Shown piece by piece: positions 39,601 to 53,713 of a stretch of DNA of 64,000 nt. This DNA is from Octopus sinensis. Lineage: Eukaryota. Position 1 is the first letter of the stretch. The number at the start of each line of letters is the position of its first letter. Below the pieces are notes generated by a model. The model was not told the origin of the DNA. It saw nothing but the letters and a program-made list of their open reading frames with translations, and ran no database searches. Both the position numbers and the translations under genes were made by a program. The stretch is from contig NC_043002.1 in assembly GCF_006345805.1 (NCBI RefSeq), forward strand, positions 78,864,001 to 78,928,000, read 5' to 3'.

Positions 39601-41442
39601 ACTGTTGTTTCCAAAAATATTGCATTGCTAATAAATTAACTAGCTTCATTAATTCCAAAGAATACATGAAACAATTGGTGAATATATCTTATTTAATATC
39701 AGTTTTCCTATCATAAGTTGGGTTGTTTTCAAGTGAAAATTTGTAAACTGTTAGAACAGAGGATTGTTCTTGTACTTGCCAGGAAAACTAAAACAGTGTT
39801 ATTCCACTTATTCTTCACTGCATACTGTATATTATGGCATATAAAGTACACTTTTTACCAAAAAATTCCCCCCAAAATGTCACCCTGCACCTTATGTGCT
39901 GAAGCTCAGGCTTTGGGTTGACTTGGTTTGTGTTATTAAGTGGACAATACGAGTGACAGTGGAGGTCAGTGGTGATATTTAGTAATGTAACACTACTAAA
40001 TAAGTATTATAACTTAGCCTGCCATAAAAACTTACTGAAGGGCATCACTCTAATTTTTCATGGTTCCTATACATTAAAATGTGTGAGACATTCAGCTTGG
40101 GGATTCTGGATTACCTGCAGTTATTTTCTTTCTGCAGATTAGGTCTGCCAAAATTGGAGTGTGCTCTGTATGCCTAAAAATATGGTATTAATTTTTGTTA
40201 ATTTTTGCAGTGCTCTATATAATCATAACCAACCTCAACTGTTCTTGAAGGCCCTGCAAAAGCCATGGATGCAACACTTTCCTCCACACCACTGCAAACC
40301 CTAGCTTACCTATTGAGTCACATACCTGTGACCTTAATGACTCAACTGCTTTAACTAATGGCTGTATTAATTCGAAATGCTATACAAATAAATGAAAATT
40401 ATTGTAACAATCATTCTTTAATCAGTTGTGTGTGTGTGTATGTATGTATGTATGTGCATGTATATATGTACATGTGACTAAGAGTTTTTGTGTCTGAAGT
40501 TCTTTATAAATTGATAACATTCCTCCTCCTTTTGAGTTGTGTATTTCAACCTCTGCCAATTCTCTTGTTTGAAAATTAATGTCTATTTATTTTTGTTTAT
40601 ATGTGTGTATGTATGTGTACATGAATATGTGTGTGGAAGTATATATAAATAGTTTATTTAAAATGGTCTGGCGGTTTGTTACTCTGAAGTTTCCCTGTTG
40701 TGCAGCCACTACATCAGATAAGTTACAGTGGGTACACACTCTGGAAACTCCAGACAAGCTTGTATAAATTATTCTGTTTGTACTGAGTACTCTATAATGC
40801 AATGTTATCCAAGAACAGGTATACATATTGTGTGTGTGTGTGTATGCGTGTGTGATAGAGAGAAAGAGATCATCATCATACAAGTTGACAATTCCCTGTA
40901 TGACCACACTGAATTTTTTACATGTGTGTATTTTCTCCAGTGACAATACCTGAATAAACCCATACAACAAAATGAGTCCCCAGTTTTAAATTTTTTATTA
41001 AACTCTAGCACATACATTGAGTAATATTTCTCATGTTTGTATACTCATATACTTACTCAAACATACATACATACAAACATACACACATGTTCATCCATCA
41101 AAGTGACAAAAACCATCTACTCATCTTTAAAGATGACTGATGACTTGTGTGGTAACTTTATTTAAAATATAAAGAAAAGTTACATTTGATCATCTTCACT
41201 CTCTCATCCATGACCATCTCCAAGACCGGGTCAAGATGGATGGAGATGGATGCAGTCGATGACCAAAATGTCTTAATTACCTAATGTTGCTCTCAGAACT
41301 TCACAATTCATTGCTGCAGCCACCTTCCTTTCCATTAAACCATAAAGATTTTCTTCTGCAGAGTCCTCTAGAGTCAGTCAACACATACACACACCATATC
41401 ACACTACATCACACCATATCACACTACATCACCACACCAAAT

Positions 41443-41482
<40 letters not shown>

Positions 41483-41655
41483 ATAATAAACTTAGGTTAT
41501 GTAATCCCACTAAATGTTTGGTATGAATTTAATATTTCTTCATTTTTGTATTGTGTCTAAAATTTTATAAAATATCTTTGTTTTCATGCTAAACTTTTAG
41601 AAACTTGTCTTGCGAAAAACTTTCTCAAAACTTTTCAAAACATTCTAATATTTAG

Positions 41656-41769
41656 GACTGCTCAGTTTCAAATTCCAAATTGCCCCACAGCCTGTTCTGG
41701 GTAAATGGAAAATAAAAGTTATTGATGGTTCTAAGTTCACTGATTTTGAATTTGAAGTCCAAAAATATG
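41656..41769 (+). CDS. A2M: A2M-like exon (end of MG2)
   Basis: tttag acceptor, gtaagt donor. Encodes GLLSFKFQIAPQPVLGKWKIKVIDGSKFTDFEFEVQKY (PxLGxWxI and FxVxxY motifs). 114 nt, phase 1/1. Confidence 0.94.
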
Positions 41770-42448
41770 GTAAGTGTGTGTCTGTGTTTTTGTTTTCTTT
41801 CTCAGTATGTACATTCTATTTAGTGCATCATTGTATTTTAAAAGAGACTAATTTCTTAAAGTGAGCATAACACATTGGTTTACTGATTTTATATTAGGTT
41901 ATTGATAAACCATGCAAATCTTCATATTTTCCCTAAGTATACATTGGTGAAATGTTGTTAATTGAATGCAAAGTATTTCAGTAATTAGGAGTAATAAAAA
42001 TAATGGTTTATTCAAACAAAGCAAATGCCTGCAGCAGGATTGAAAATTTCAAATACATTGCTCAAGGACACATTGCAACCTCCTAGAACAAGAATTGAAC
42101 CCACGACCATATGATCAAAATCTCAGTTGTCTAAACACTAAGCCATTCATTTCATATGTGTGTGTTTTACCAATGTATATCAGTGAAGGATATAAACACT
42201 GTTATTGATAAAACTGTAACACTGTGAGATATTTATTCTGCAACTAATTACAAGAAATTCATTTGTCACCCCCATTGTCTGAAATACAGTGGAAAATTGT
42301 AGTCAAAGATTCTATTGTTCAAAAACTACAATATAAAATAAATATATGTTTTCCTTAAATAGTTGGTGTCAGTTATACCTCATAACAATATATTTGTATG
42401 CAAAATAAAATCACTATATATAATCTTAAACCTTTTTCTTGATTTCAG

Positions 42449-42533
42449 TTTTGCCAAAATTTGAAGTATCCATTGAAGGCCCCTCATATCTTTTGGTGAA
42501 CACAAAAAAATTTGATGTCAAAGTTTGTTCACA
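42449..42533 (+). CDS. A2M: A2M-like exon (MG3 start)
   Basis: tttcag acceptor, gtcagt donor. Encodes (V)LPKFEVSIEGPSYLLVNTKKFDVKVCS, completing the canonical YVLPKFEV motif. 85 nt, phase 1/2. Confidence 0.94.
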
Positions 42534-43650
42534 GTCAGTATGCTCATACATTTTATTCTCTCCCTTCATTTTTTTAATGTAGTTTCTTCTTTCTTATAAA
42601 ATAATTTCTTATATATATATGTTCAGCTTAGAAGTTTGAGTTCAATATTCTTGTAAGTAATATTTTCAATTTGGGTATTTCCATCTTTTGACCTGGTCAA
42701 ACCAGCCAATGAGAATAAAACAATTTGATGTCATCTACCTTCACTCTGAATGTATCCAAGATAAAGGGAAAAAATTTAGGTTCCTCCATTTACCTTTTTA
42801 TTGCCTAAAGCCTTTCACATGGCATGAATTTCTGTACAGTCTGGGTGAATCACCTGCTATACACACACACACACACTAGCATACCTGTGTCAACAAAAAT
42901 GCAGTTTTATTATTGATAGAAAATGCCACATCAAGACAATGGGAAAAACCATTGATTATTGTCAGGAATCTAGTAAACATATGTACATACACAGAATTGA
43001 AGAATCAGATATGGTTGTAATGAAAATATTGCCCACATAATGCATGTGTGTGTATACACACACACATACACACACATGTACATATACATGCATACACACA
43101 CACACACATATAAGCATACACACATATGGAGGTCTTTTTTCAGTTACCATTTACCTGATCAATTCACAAGACTTTGGTCTGCCCTACAATATAGTCGAAG
43201 AATATATATATATGTTCTAAAATGTTCTGAAATCTTCACAGCCTTGGTTTTTGATCTCATTCTGGAAAATAATTTTATATATATGAACGGTGACGTTTTT
43301 TTTTTTTTTTGCCACTATAACATGGCTGTTCTGTAAAGAACTATGATACTAAATTTTAACCCCAGGAAACCATCTTTTCCAGCTGGTTAACAACACACAA
43401 CCTGTGTTCGATATATTGTGAGTAAAAGAGCAAATCACTCCCCTTCAGCTTGGCAAGACCAGTAGACCATGATTTCTGGGTACCCTTCATTGGTACTGGA
43501 TACCTGCCTGTTAGAGATGGTTTTAGAGATTTTAGAACTAAATGTCTGCCACTTTGCTGCTTATATATTGTGAGTAGGGAGGATTGACTGCTTATATCTC
43601 ATTTAGAGATTTTAGAACTAGCAACTTTGCTTGTTTTATATATATATATA

Positions 43651-43962
43651 GGAGCACTCCGTCAGTTGTGATGATGAGAGTCCCAGCTGATACGATCAAT
43701 AGAACAGCTTGCTCTTGAAATTGTGCAAGTGGCTGAGCACTCCACAAACACATGTACCCTTATGTAGTTCTCGGGGAGATTCAGCGTGACACAGAGTGTG
43801 ACAAGGCTGGCTCTTTGAAATACAGGTACTACTCATTTTTGCCAGCTGAGTGGACTGGAGCAACGTGAAATAAAGTGTCTTGCTCAAGGACACAATGCGC
43901 CGCAGGGAATTGAACTCATGATCGTAAGATCATGAGCTGAATGCCCCTAACCAATAAGCTAC
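43651..43962 (-). mobile_element. tRNA-derived SINE, separate family
   Basis: Minus head AGCTTATTGGTTAG..GAGTTCAATTCCC, then GTGTCCTTGAGCAAGACACTT core and CCACTCAGCTG..AAATGAGTA. Confidence 0.8.
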
Positions 43963-44189
43963 TATAATAGTTATAGTATATTTCATTAGAAATGTAGCAG
44001 AGTACAGTATAAATCTCATCCACCCTCAGAATTACTCAATACTATCTGGTACAGGTTTGTTTGGGTATTCATCATGTGTGATTATAAAATTAAAGAAATT
44101 GGAGTCAACAAGAAGGAGTACAGTTGGACAGTTATTTTTTAATCACTATAATTGTTTCCATTGAACGTGGTTCTCCAAAATTTCAGGTA

Positions 44190-45210
44190 GTTGATTATGC
44201 ATTTTCAGTGTTTATTTTACCTGTGCACCTTCCACATACAAAAGTTAATTTCTCTGGTAACCTTCCTCTGATGTTGCTGCACCCTTTATGTGTCAAAAGC
44301 TTACACTGGATGTATCATATGGAGTTTCCACCTACACTTTTTCTACAGATTGAGCAGGGCCATCTACCAGAAGGGATTTGTGATTTGTCTGCCTTCCTAC
44401 TTAGTGTGACTTTGGTTTTTGCTAGGTTAACAGTAAGGCCCTTTGATTCTAGACTTTGCTTCCATACCTGGAACTTCTTTTCTAGTTCAGGTAGTGATAC
44501 AACTATAAGAGCAAGATCATTAGCATAGAGGAGCTCCCAGAGGCAGCCTGTCTTGAAATCCTTTGTTATTGCCTGGAGGACTAAGACAAACAAGAGGAGG
44601 CTAAGCACCGATCCTTGGTGAACTCTTACCTGTACCCTGGATTCTTCACTGTACTCATTGCTCACCCTCACCTTACTGGTAGCGTCCCTGTACAAGGCTT
44701 ATGCAGCTCCCACCAACCACTTGTCTATCTCTAGTTTCCACATTGACCACCAGATAAGGGATCGGGGGATTCTGTCAAAAGCTTTTTCCAAGTTAACAAA
44801 AGCCAAGTACAGAGGTTTATCTTTGGCTAGGTATTTCTCCTGTAGTTGCCTTACCAGAAATATAACATAAGTGGTGCTCCTACCTGGCACAAAACCAAAC
44901 TGCATTTCATCTAGACTAACTCTCTCTGTTATTAGCTGGGTTATGACTCTCTCTGCAACTTTCATCACCTGATCCAACAATTTGATACCTCTGTAATTAT
45001 TTCTATCTAAGGCATCACCTTTACCTTTGTAGCAGTTGACTATGGTACTACTACACCATTCATTTGGTATGACTCCTTCATGAACCACCTGATTTACAAT
45101 ATGGGTGACTAGACCATAACCCACACCGCCAGATATTTTAAGCATCTCAACAGTGATTCCTGATGGGCCAAGAGCTTTTCCTTGTCTTCACATCCTTAGT
45201 TGCTTTATCT
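44190..45210 (-). mobile_element. RTE-clade LINE reverse transcriptase fragment (pseudogenised)
   Basis: ORFs 44699-45145 and 44315-44695 carry NYRGIKLL, QFGF, NLEKAFD, HQGSVLS, LLYANDL (YADD decayed) and NLAKTKV. Confidence 0.93.
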
Positions 45211-45623
45211 CCTTAATTGCTATACACACACACACACATATATATATATAAATGTATATATTGTTTTTTTCAATATGTACAAATAACAAGGAGAAATAAA
45301 TAAATAAATAGTTACTATGGTAGCAAAAATTCACATAAGTGCCAAAACTTTTACACCCTACATACAAAAATAGAAATTCCAGGGTTAAATGAATTGTTTT
45401 TGTATGACATGGATAAATTAAGAGATGGAGTCAAATGCAGGTGTTATTCAAATCATTTATACTTTCAACATATGTTTTGAAAAAAAACATTGAGATTATT
45501 CCAGAGGAAATGAAAATGATGTAAAACAATGCAATCATCTTGTCAGGGTAAAAAAAAAGGAACAAAACACATCAATAAGCCATTTTAACTGAATATATAT
45601 ATCTATATGTAGGCCACTATGAA

Positions 45624-45676
<53 letters not shown>

Positions 45677-45904
45677 CACACACACAGTGCCATTTTATAT
45701 TTTTCATTTTGTACATGCGCATTGTTTGTTTTTTATTTTGTCGACTACACAGTATAGTAGGGTCAGTTAGGCACCATTTGTGAGAAAAACAGCACCATGG
45801 CACAATTCACCCTGCCAGAAATTTGGAAACAACATGCTGTCTGTCTGAAAAGCAATGGGACTGGTGTCACAAAAAATTAATTTCAATTTCAAACAACAAA
45901 CTAC

Positions 45905-46686
<782 letters not shown>

Positions 46687-46688
46687 TA

Positions 46689-47207
46689 TCATCATCATCA
46701 TCATTTAATGTTCGTTTTTCATGCTAGCATGGGTTGGACGGTTCAACCGGGGTCTGGGAAGCCAGGAGGCTGTGCCAGGCTCCTGTCTGATCTGGCAGTG
46801 TTTCTACAGCTGGATGCCCTTCCTAACACCAACCACTCCATGAGTGTAGTGGGTGCTTTTTACGTGCCACCGGCACGAGGGCAAATCTGCTTATCCCTCT
46901 TTCATCCATAACTCACACAACACACCTAGTCAACTTACTTTTCAGAGAGACCTCATTTATATGTATATCATCATCATCGTTTAACGTCCGTTTTTCATGC
47001 TAGCATGGGTTGGATGGTTTGACCAGGGTCTGGGAAGCCAGGAGGCTACACCAGGCTCCAGTCTGATCTGGCAGTGTTTCTATAGCTGGATGCCCTTCCT
47101 AACGCCAACTACTCTGTGTAGTGGATGCTTTTTACGTGCCACTGGCACAGGGGCCAGAGGAGGCTGGCAAACGGCCACGATCAGTTGATGCTTTTTATGT
47201 GTCACCA
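46689..47207 (-). mobile_element. Two tandem family C ((CAT)n-tailed, RTE-associated) elements
   Basis: catcatcat..ttaacgtccg..catgctagcatgggttgg..ctggatgcccttcctaac at 46689 and 46968. Confidence 0.85.
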
Positions 47208-47918
47208 ATATATATATATAACTCCAAGAAAGTTAGAGGTTGTGAATATAACCCACTAAGAGATAATATCTATCCAATATATTGCTGGTAGAATACTCAA
47301 TTATTAATGCACAAGTGTTTTTTATTGCATTGCAATTACATTATCTAGTGTGCTAAATGGGTGAAGGTAAAGAGATATTTTACCATTAATTTATATAGCA
47401 ATAAGAAAATGGAGGAGAACAATAGGTGATTCATCAACTTTTAGACTTAGTATCTTAACTTATTTATTTATTTACTAAACTGATAATTACAATAATATAC
47501 ATACATACATACATGTAACATATTATTCTTTATATATAAGATATAAAATATAGTAATATATAAGGATACCAGTAATTATTATAAAAAACATGAATTTAAA
47601 GTGATACCTGAAACATTAATTAGGTGGCTGCAAGGCTACATTAACAGGTGATCAGTCAAAGTTACATATCTGATCTGTCATCTCAATGTATATCAGTCTC
47701 ATAAATCTCACTTCTGTTCATTTTTTCACAGTTGTTTTTGCCCTTGTTATAAAGTCTATAAAACCTATTTACTTCAGTAAGATCAACAGGTAAAAGTAAC
47801 CTGTCAGCAATCAGCTTCAGCAAAGAATGAAAACTTTGGTGGTTAACTGGAAAGTGATATTTGAAGTATCATATTGCAAAGTAATAGTTTCACAAAAAAA
47901 AAGAAAGAAAATTAATAA

Positions 47919-48337
47919 GGCATAGGAGTGGCTGTGTGGTAAGTAGCTTGCTTACGAACCTTATGGTTCCAGGTTCAGTCCCACTGCGTGGCACCTTGGG
48001 CAAGTGTCTTCTACTATAGCCTTAGGCCGACCAAAGCCTTGTGAGTGGATTTGGTGGACAGAAACTGAAAGAATCCCGTCGTATATATATATATATATAT
48101 GTGTGTGTGAGTGTGTATATGTTAGTGTGTCTGTGTTTGTCCTTCCCCCAACATCGCTTGACAACCGATGCTGGTGTGTTTACATCCCCATAACGTAGCG
48201 GTTCGGCAAAAGAGACCAATAGAATAAGTACTAGGCTTACAAAGAATAAGTCCTGGGGTCAATTTGCTCGACTAAAGGCGGTGCTCTAACATGGCCACAG
48301 TCACATGACTGAAACAAGTAAATGAGTGAAAGAGTAA
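47919..48337 (+). mobile_element. SINE family A (full length)
   Basis: Complete head, core, microsatellite and tail. Confidence 0.93.
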
Positions 48338-48821
48338 GTGGCTATTAAACCTTGATTTTTCACCTTTAAGAATCATAAGCAGTATATGAAAAAAAACATT
48401 ACTTGAAAATCTAGATGTTATGATAAACTACAGACTAGCGTGGGCACAACATATCTCTACCATCTGTACTACAGCTGCACAGAGACTTTGAGCAATATAG
48501 AGAAACCTAAATAAGCTTGAGTGAAGAGCTGTTGCATGGTCACCTGAACAGTTATAAAGAAGATGGGATGTAGTTTTAGGGAGATTAAGCTGCTATAAAT
48601 AGCAATTTAATATCCTTTAAACCATATCCTACTTTCTTTAAAAAAACACATAGAACATTTGAGAATGTAGTCCTACTTATGTATAAACTGTCTGAGAAAA
48701 GCCAGGATGGCCTCCAGGTACAAAGCTAACCTGGGAACTAAACTAACATAGTAATCTCAGAAAAGCTTGACATGTTAGAAAGATCCTGAGCATATATACA
48801 CTCAATGCAGATGTTTGGAAT

Positions 48822-49128
48822 CATCATTCATCATTGTTCGACCATGGTCGAGACAATGGAATTTACCATGCTATGCCAGACTTCACAGTCCATCATGGCA
48901 TTACAGAGGTCCTGTTGCTGGATGTCTGGAGATTACATCAGGGTAGGAAAGTGTGTGGCCTCTGGTATTGCGAGTAGATGGCTTCCAGAGGAGAAGAGTA
49001 GAAATTGCCTCGTTTTCAGCTCTACAACAATGTCCAGCAAACTGGACTCTCCTACCTTTCACAAGAGATGACACAGGTGGTAGTTTCCCATATATTTCCA
49101 TTTTGGTTGGATGACGCTTCCACGAGAG
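48822..49128 (-). mobile_element. RTE-type LINE 3' end, older copy of the 54049 family
   Basis: IYGKLPPVSSLVKGRRVQFAGHCCRAE..LLLWKPSTRNTRG is nearly identical to ORF 54050-54523. Confidence 0.9.
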
Positions 49129-49174
49129 ATTTTGGAATAATATGGATGCTTTTACAAAATGCTAGTGACAATAA

Positions 49175-50160
49175 AATCTCAAAACTATTCAATACTTCAT
49201 CCCATGTTTTCCTGGGTCTCCTCTTCCACAACTTCCATCCACTTTAAGTGATCAGCACTTCTTTAAGCAACTGTCCTCATCCATATGCATCACATGACAA
49301 AACCAGCATAGTTTTCTCTCTTTCGCTCTGTGTTTAACTCCCCTTACACCTAACTTTTCTCTCAATATACTAGTGCTTTGTTGCACATGCACTCTGAACA
49401 TCAAGTGTAGCATACTAGCTTCATTCCTCTCGAGTCCTCATGTGTCTTCTGCATTCAGGACACACATCTCACTACCATGTATCATTGCTGTTCATACACA
49501 TGTATCATACAATTTTCCTTTCACTGAGAGAGACCTTTCGTTGCCAACAGGTAAAAGCTCTCTGAACATTTTCCATCCTGTTCTTATTCTAACAATTACA
49601 CTTTCGATACCTCCTCCACCACTGCTAATTATCTCACCTAGGTAACAGAAATTATGTACTACTTCTAGAGAGCCTCAAGGGCATTTGATGAAATCAGTTC
49701 CCCATGTAGCTGTGGTCACTATGACTCCTGCATATCTTCCACATACAAATACTACATTCTCTGTTAATCTTTCTGCTATTCCGCTGCACCTCTTGTATGT
49801 CCATAGCTTGCACTGGGTATGTCAAATAGAATTCCTGCCTACAACTTTCCTACATATCAAGCAGAGTCATTTACCTGACAGGGGTAGGGTCCTATCTGAT
49901 TTTTTGCTTACTAAGACCCTGGTCTTTACTAAGTTAACTTTAAGACCCTTTAATTCCAGGTTTTATTTCAACATCTGGAATTTTTCTAGTCCTCTTACAG
50001 ATTCTGCTATGAGGGCAAGATCATCAGTATATAATAGTTCCTATGGGCTTCCAGTCTTAAATTCCTGTTATGACCTGAAGGACAAAGATAAATAGGAAGT
50101 GGCTGAGGACTGAGCCTTGGTGAACACCTACCTGTACACTAAATTTGTCACTATAATCAT
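49175..50160 (-). mobile_element. RTE-clade LINE fragment (RT C-terminal half)
   Basis: Minus strand VHQGSVLS, LLYTDDLAL, NLVKTRV, Cys-rich insert, LEVVHNFCYLG, GRGDPGKHGMK (frameshifted GRPRKTW). Same family as 44190. Confidence 0.88.
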
Positions 50161-50198
50161 GTATAGACTGTGGCTGCCATGCTGGGGTACTGCCATAA

Positions 50199-50418
50199 CC
50201 CTTTAGCATTTAAATCGGCCATATCTGACCCAAATATTTTACCCATTTTATGTTCAAACCAGCCAGATCCAGCCTGTCATACCTACTCTACAATGTCATT
50301 CTAAAACTAAACCATTACATCATTGAAATTTCAAAGCTATGAGATAATACTTGATTAATTTAAAACAATGTAAATAAATAAGCATTACAATTGACAGAGT
50401 AATCTGAATGCTAAAGGG
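50199..50418. mobile_element. piggyBac-type MITE (TTAA target), copy 1, inside a family A SINE
   Basis: aTAA-CCCTTTAGCATT...AATGCTAAAGGG-TTAA. Confidence 0.85.
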
Positions 50419-50921
50419 TTAAGGAGCTTTTTACTCAAACAAATTGCACCCAGCACTTTTTTTTCAAGCCTGGTACTTATTCTATCTGTCTCTTTTGCCA
50501 AACCACTAGGTTACAGGGGCGTAAATAAATCTTCAGTTTCTGTGTACAAGATCCACTCACAAGGCCTTATTTAGCCTAACATTATAGCAGAAGACATTTG
50601 TCTAAGGTACCATGCAGTGGGATTGAACTTGGAATCATATGGTTGGGAAGCAAACTTCTTATCACACTGTCACACTTGCACATATAATCGTCATCATTTA
50701 ACATCTGCTTTCCATGCCGGCATGGGTTGGATGGTTTGACTGAGGATTGGCAAGCCGGGAGGCTGCCTAGGCACCAGTCTGATCTGGCAAGGTTTCTACA
50801 GCTGGATGCCCTTCCTAACACCAACCATATGTATATATATATATATATAATATATAGATAGATAGATACTTTTAAGAGGTCATGGGACAACAGGTTTTTG
50901 GGACCTGATGATATGCCTTAA

Positions 50922-51141
50922 CCCTTTAGTATTTAAACCGGCCATATCCAGCCAAAATAGTTAACCTGTTTTATGTTCAAACATGACCAGATCCAGGCTC
51001 TCACACCTACCCTACAATGTTATTCTACATTAAGTAATTACACCATCAAGATCTTGAAGATATGAGATAATGCATGATTAATTCAAATCAATGGGAATCA
51101 ATAAGCATTATGTTTGATAGAATAATCAGAACACTAAAGGG
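50922..51141. mobile_element. piggyBac-type MITE (TTAA target), copy 2
   Basis: TTAA-CCCTTTAGT...ACTAAAGGG-TTAA, 220 bp, same internal sequence as copy 1. Confidence 0.88.
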
Positions 51142-51382
51142 TTAAAGCTAAACCCTTTGTGGATGGGAAACCTAAGGTAATCCCATAAACCAGCCTTCCC
51201 CATTTTTAATATATGTGTGTGCATAAAAAATAGTACTAGACTACCAAAAGTAGAGTAAAGTCCTATTTTATTAAAGCTGAAAAAATTCACAAACTGTTAC
51301 TTAGTGACTGTTTGTCAGTTTTGATAATGCAGAATAATCTACTTTTTGGAGGGCTTTAATAAAATAGTCTATATATATATAT

Positions 51383-51763
51383 TCTTTTACTTGTTTTCAG
51401 TCATTTGACTGTGGCCATGCTGGAGCACCACCTTTAGTCGAACAAATTGACCCCAGGACTTATTGTTTGTAAGCCTAGTACTTATTCTATCTGTCCCTTT
51501 TTGCTGAACTGCTAAGTTACGGGGACGTAGACACACCCGCATCGGTTGTCAAGGGATGTTGGAGGGACAAGCACAGACACACAAACACATATACATGTAT
51601 ACAACAGGCTTCTTTCAGTTTCCGTCTACCAAATCCACTCACAAGGCTTTGGTCGGTCTGAGACTATAGTAGAAGACACTTACCCAAGGTGCCACGCAGT
51701 GGGACTGAACCCGGAACCAAGTGGTTGGTAAGCAAGCTACTTACCACACAGCCACTCCTGCAC

Positions 51764-51764
<1 letters not shown>
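51383..51764 (-). mobile_element. SINE family A (full length)
   Basis: Reverse complement of the 47919 copy. Confidence 0.92.
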
Positions 51765-51794
<30 letters not shown>

Positions 51795-52726
51795 GAGAGA
51801 GAAGAGAGACAGAGAGAGAGTGTGTGTGTTAGCATACATTCACACTCACGAACACACACAGTGACAGGTATTTGTTCATTCCTTAGAAATGTTTTTATGA
51901 CATACAGTCCCATCCACCCTGTCACTTAAAAATTAAGAGGGAAAAAAATGTCAGTTAATACAAATTCTGTCATTTACAACATTCATTTAGCTTAACATTG
52001 AGCCTAATTTTCCTTCAAGTATCTCTCCTCATCATTATAAGTCTTTGGGTTGTTTCTTTGTTACACGTTTGTTTTTAATTATTATTTTTTTGTGTGGTGA
52101 GAACATTTTTTTTCCTTCTTTGCTTTCAAACTAAACAAACAATCCATTTGACAGTATATAAGAACTTATCCTTCTTTATAGACCAAAAATATATTACCTA
52201 AATAGTGATAAATTTCTCTTTAATAAGCTTTTGTCTTCTATGGTAGTTTCTTGTTTTTACTTCTTTTGAATCTTTACTTCTCTGGTGCCCCTTCATTTTT
52301 CTTTTTTTTTTGTTACATCCTTTCTTAAGTACTTTTTTGTGTGGTTTATTTATTCATTTATTATTGTTATTTCATTTACTTATTTATTGGTTTTGTTTTA
52401 TTTCTGATTTTAACATTACCTCCTTCCCTCTCCGGGTTAACATTATAATCTCCTTTTGGTGATATATCTGTTTACAGAGCTGTTCTATTTGATGGATGTG
52501 TATACACTCACTCACACAGATACTGATTCAAACCAGTGCGTGCATGTGTGTGTTTGTGTGTTCATATGCATACACACGTATACATATGAACACACACACA
52601 CACACACACATTCAATCACTCATTCACAGACAAAAATATTGCTCACACATGGCCATATACATCATGTATGTGTGTGTAAGTTTGTGTAACACATATACAT
52701 ACACACACACTCACACACAACACACA

Positions 52727-52787
<61 letters not shown>

Positions 52788-53713
52788 ACATTTATTTATC
52801 CCCACCTCCACCCTGCATCATAAATGTAACTCACACATGGCCATACACACACATATACACACACAAAACACTGTCAGCTTATTTCTTCCTGCTGACTTTC
52901 AACCTCTTCCCCAATCCCACCTTGACTCCCCTACACACATACACACGAGTCCCCCACCCCTCTCTCTCTATCTCTCTCTCTGCATGACCACCACTCCTAC
53001 ATCCATCTATCCCCACTGCCACCACCTCTGCAAGCCCAGTTTCTGTGGTTCCTATTGCCATACAACCCATACAAAACTCTTAACATGTCACTGACTGTTC
53101 TGTTTGCCATCCAGTGATGTTCTTATTTAAACCCAACATATGTTTTTCATAAAACATTACTTTCTTCTTTTTTTCTTTTTCTTTTTTTTTTTTACTTTCC
53201 ACATATGTACAAAAAATGTTTTAAAAAATGGTCATGAGATGCTAAAGTGGTGGATTGGCAGAACTGGTTGCAGCAATGGACATAATTCTTTGTGTTGTTC
53301 AGTTTTGATCTTTTTATGTTCTAAGTTCAAATCTTGCCAACATAAATTTGCCTTTCATCTCTCAGTGAGGGTGGGAGGGGTTCAGTGAAATAAGTCCTAA
53401 TCAAATGAATAAGTCCTGCTAATGGTCAATATTACCAGCTGTTTCTTACACACAAAATGGGTCTTGTGCTTATATTAGAAGCAATCATCATCATTATCAT
53501 CATCATCATTCCTGACAATATGCATAAACTATGAATGTCATTTAACAATAATTAACACTACCTATTACTGGAACTTATTGATGGTGGCACCACAAATTTT
53601 GTGTTGTTACACTGGATATTGTTTAATTACAAGGGAATGTAATTTTTTTTTTTTTGCATTTTTACAATATTTCATAATTAAACTTTAATATTTAGCACTC
53701 ATGTTATTTAAAT

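Noticed and set aside
51236-51372. Two short inverted-repeat pairs next to (TA)n
   Set aside because: The pairs are not nested and are short and AT-rich, so no element could be supported.
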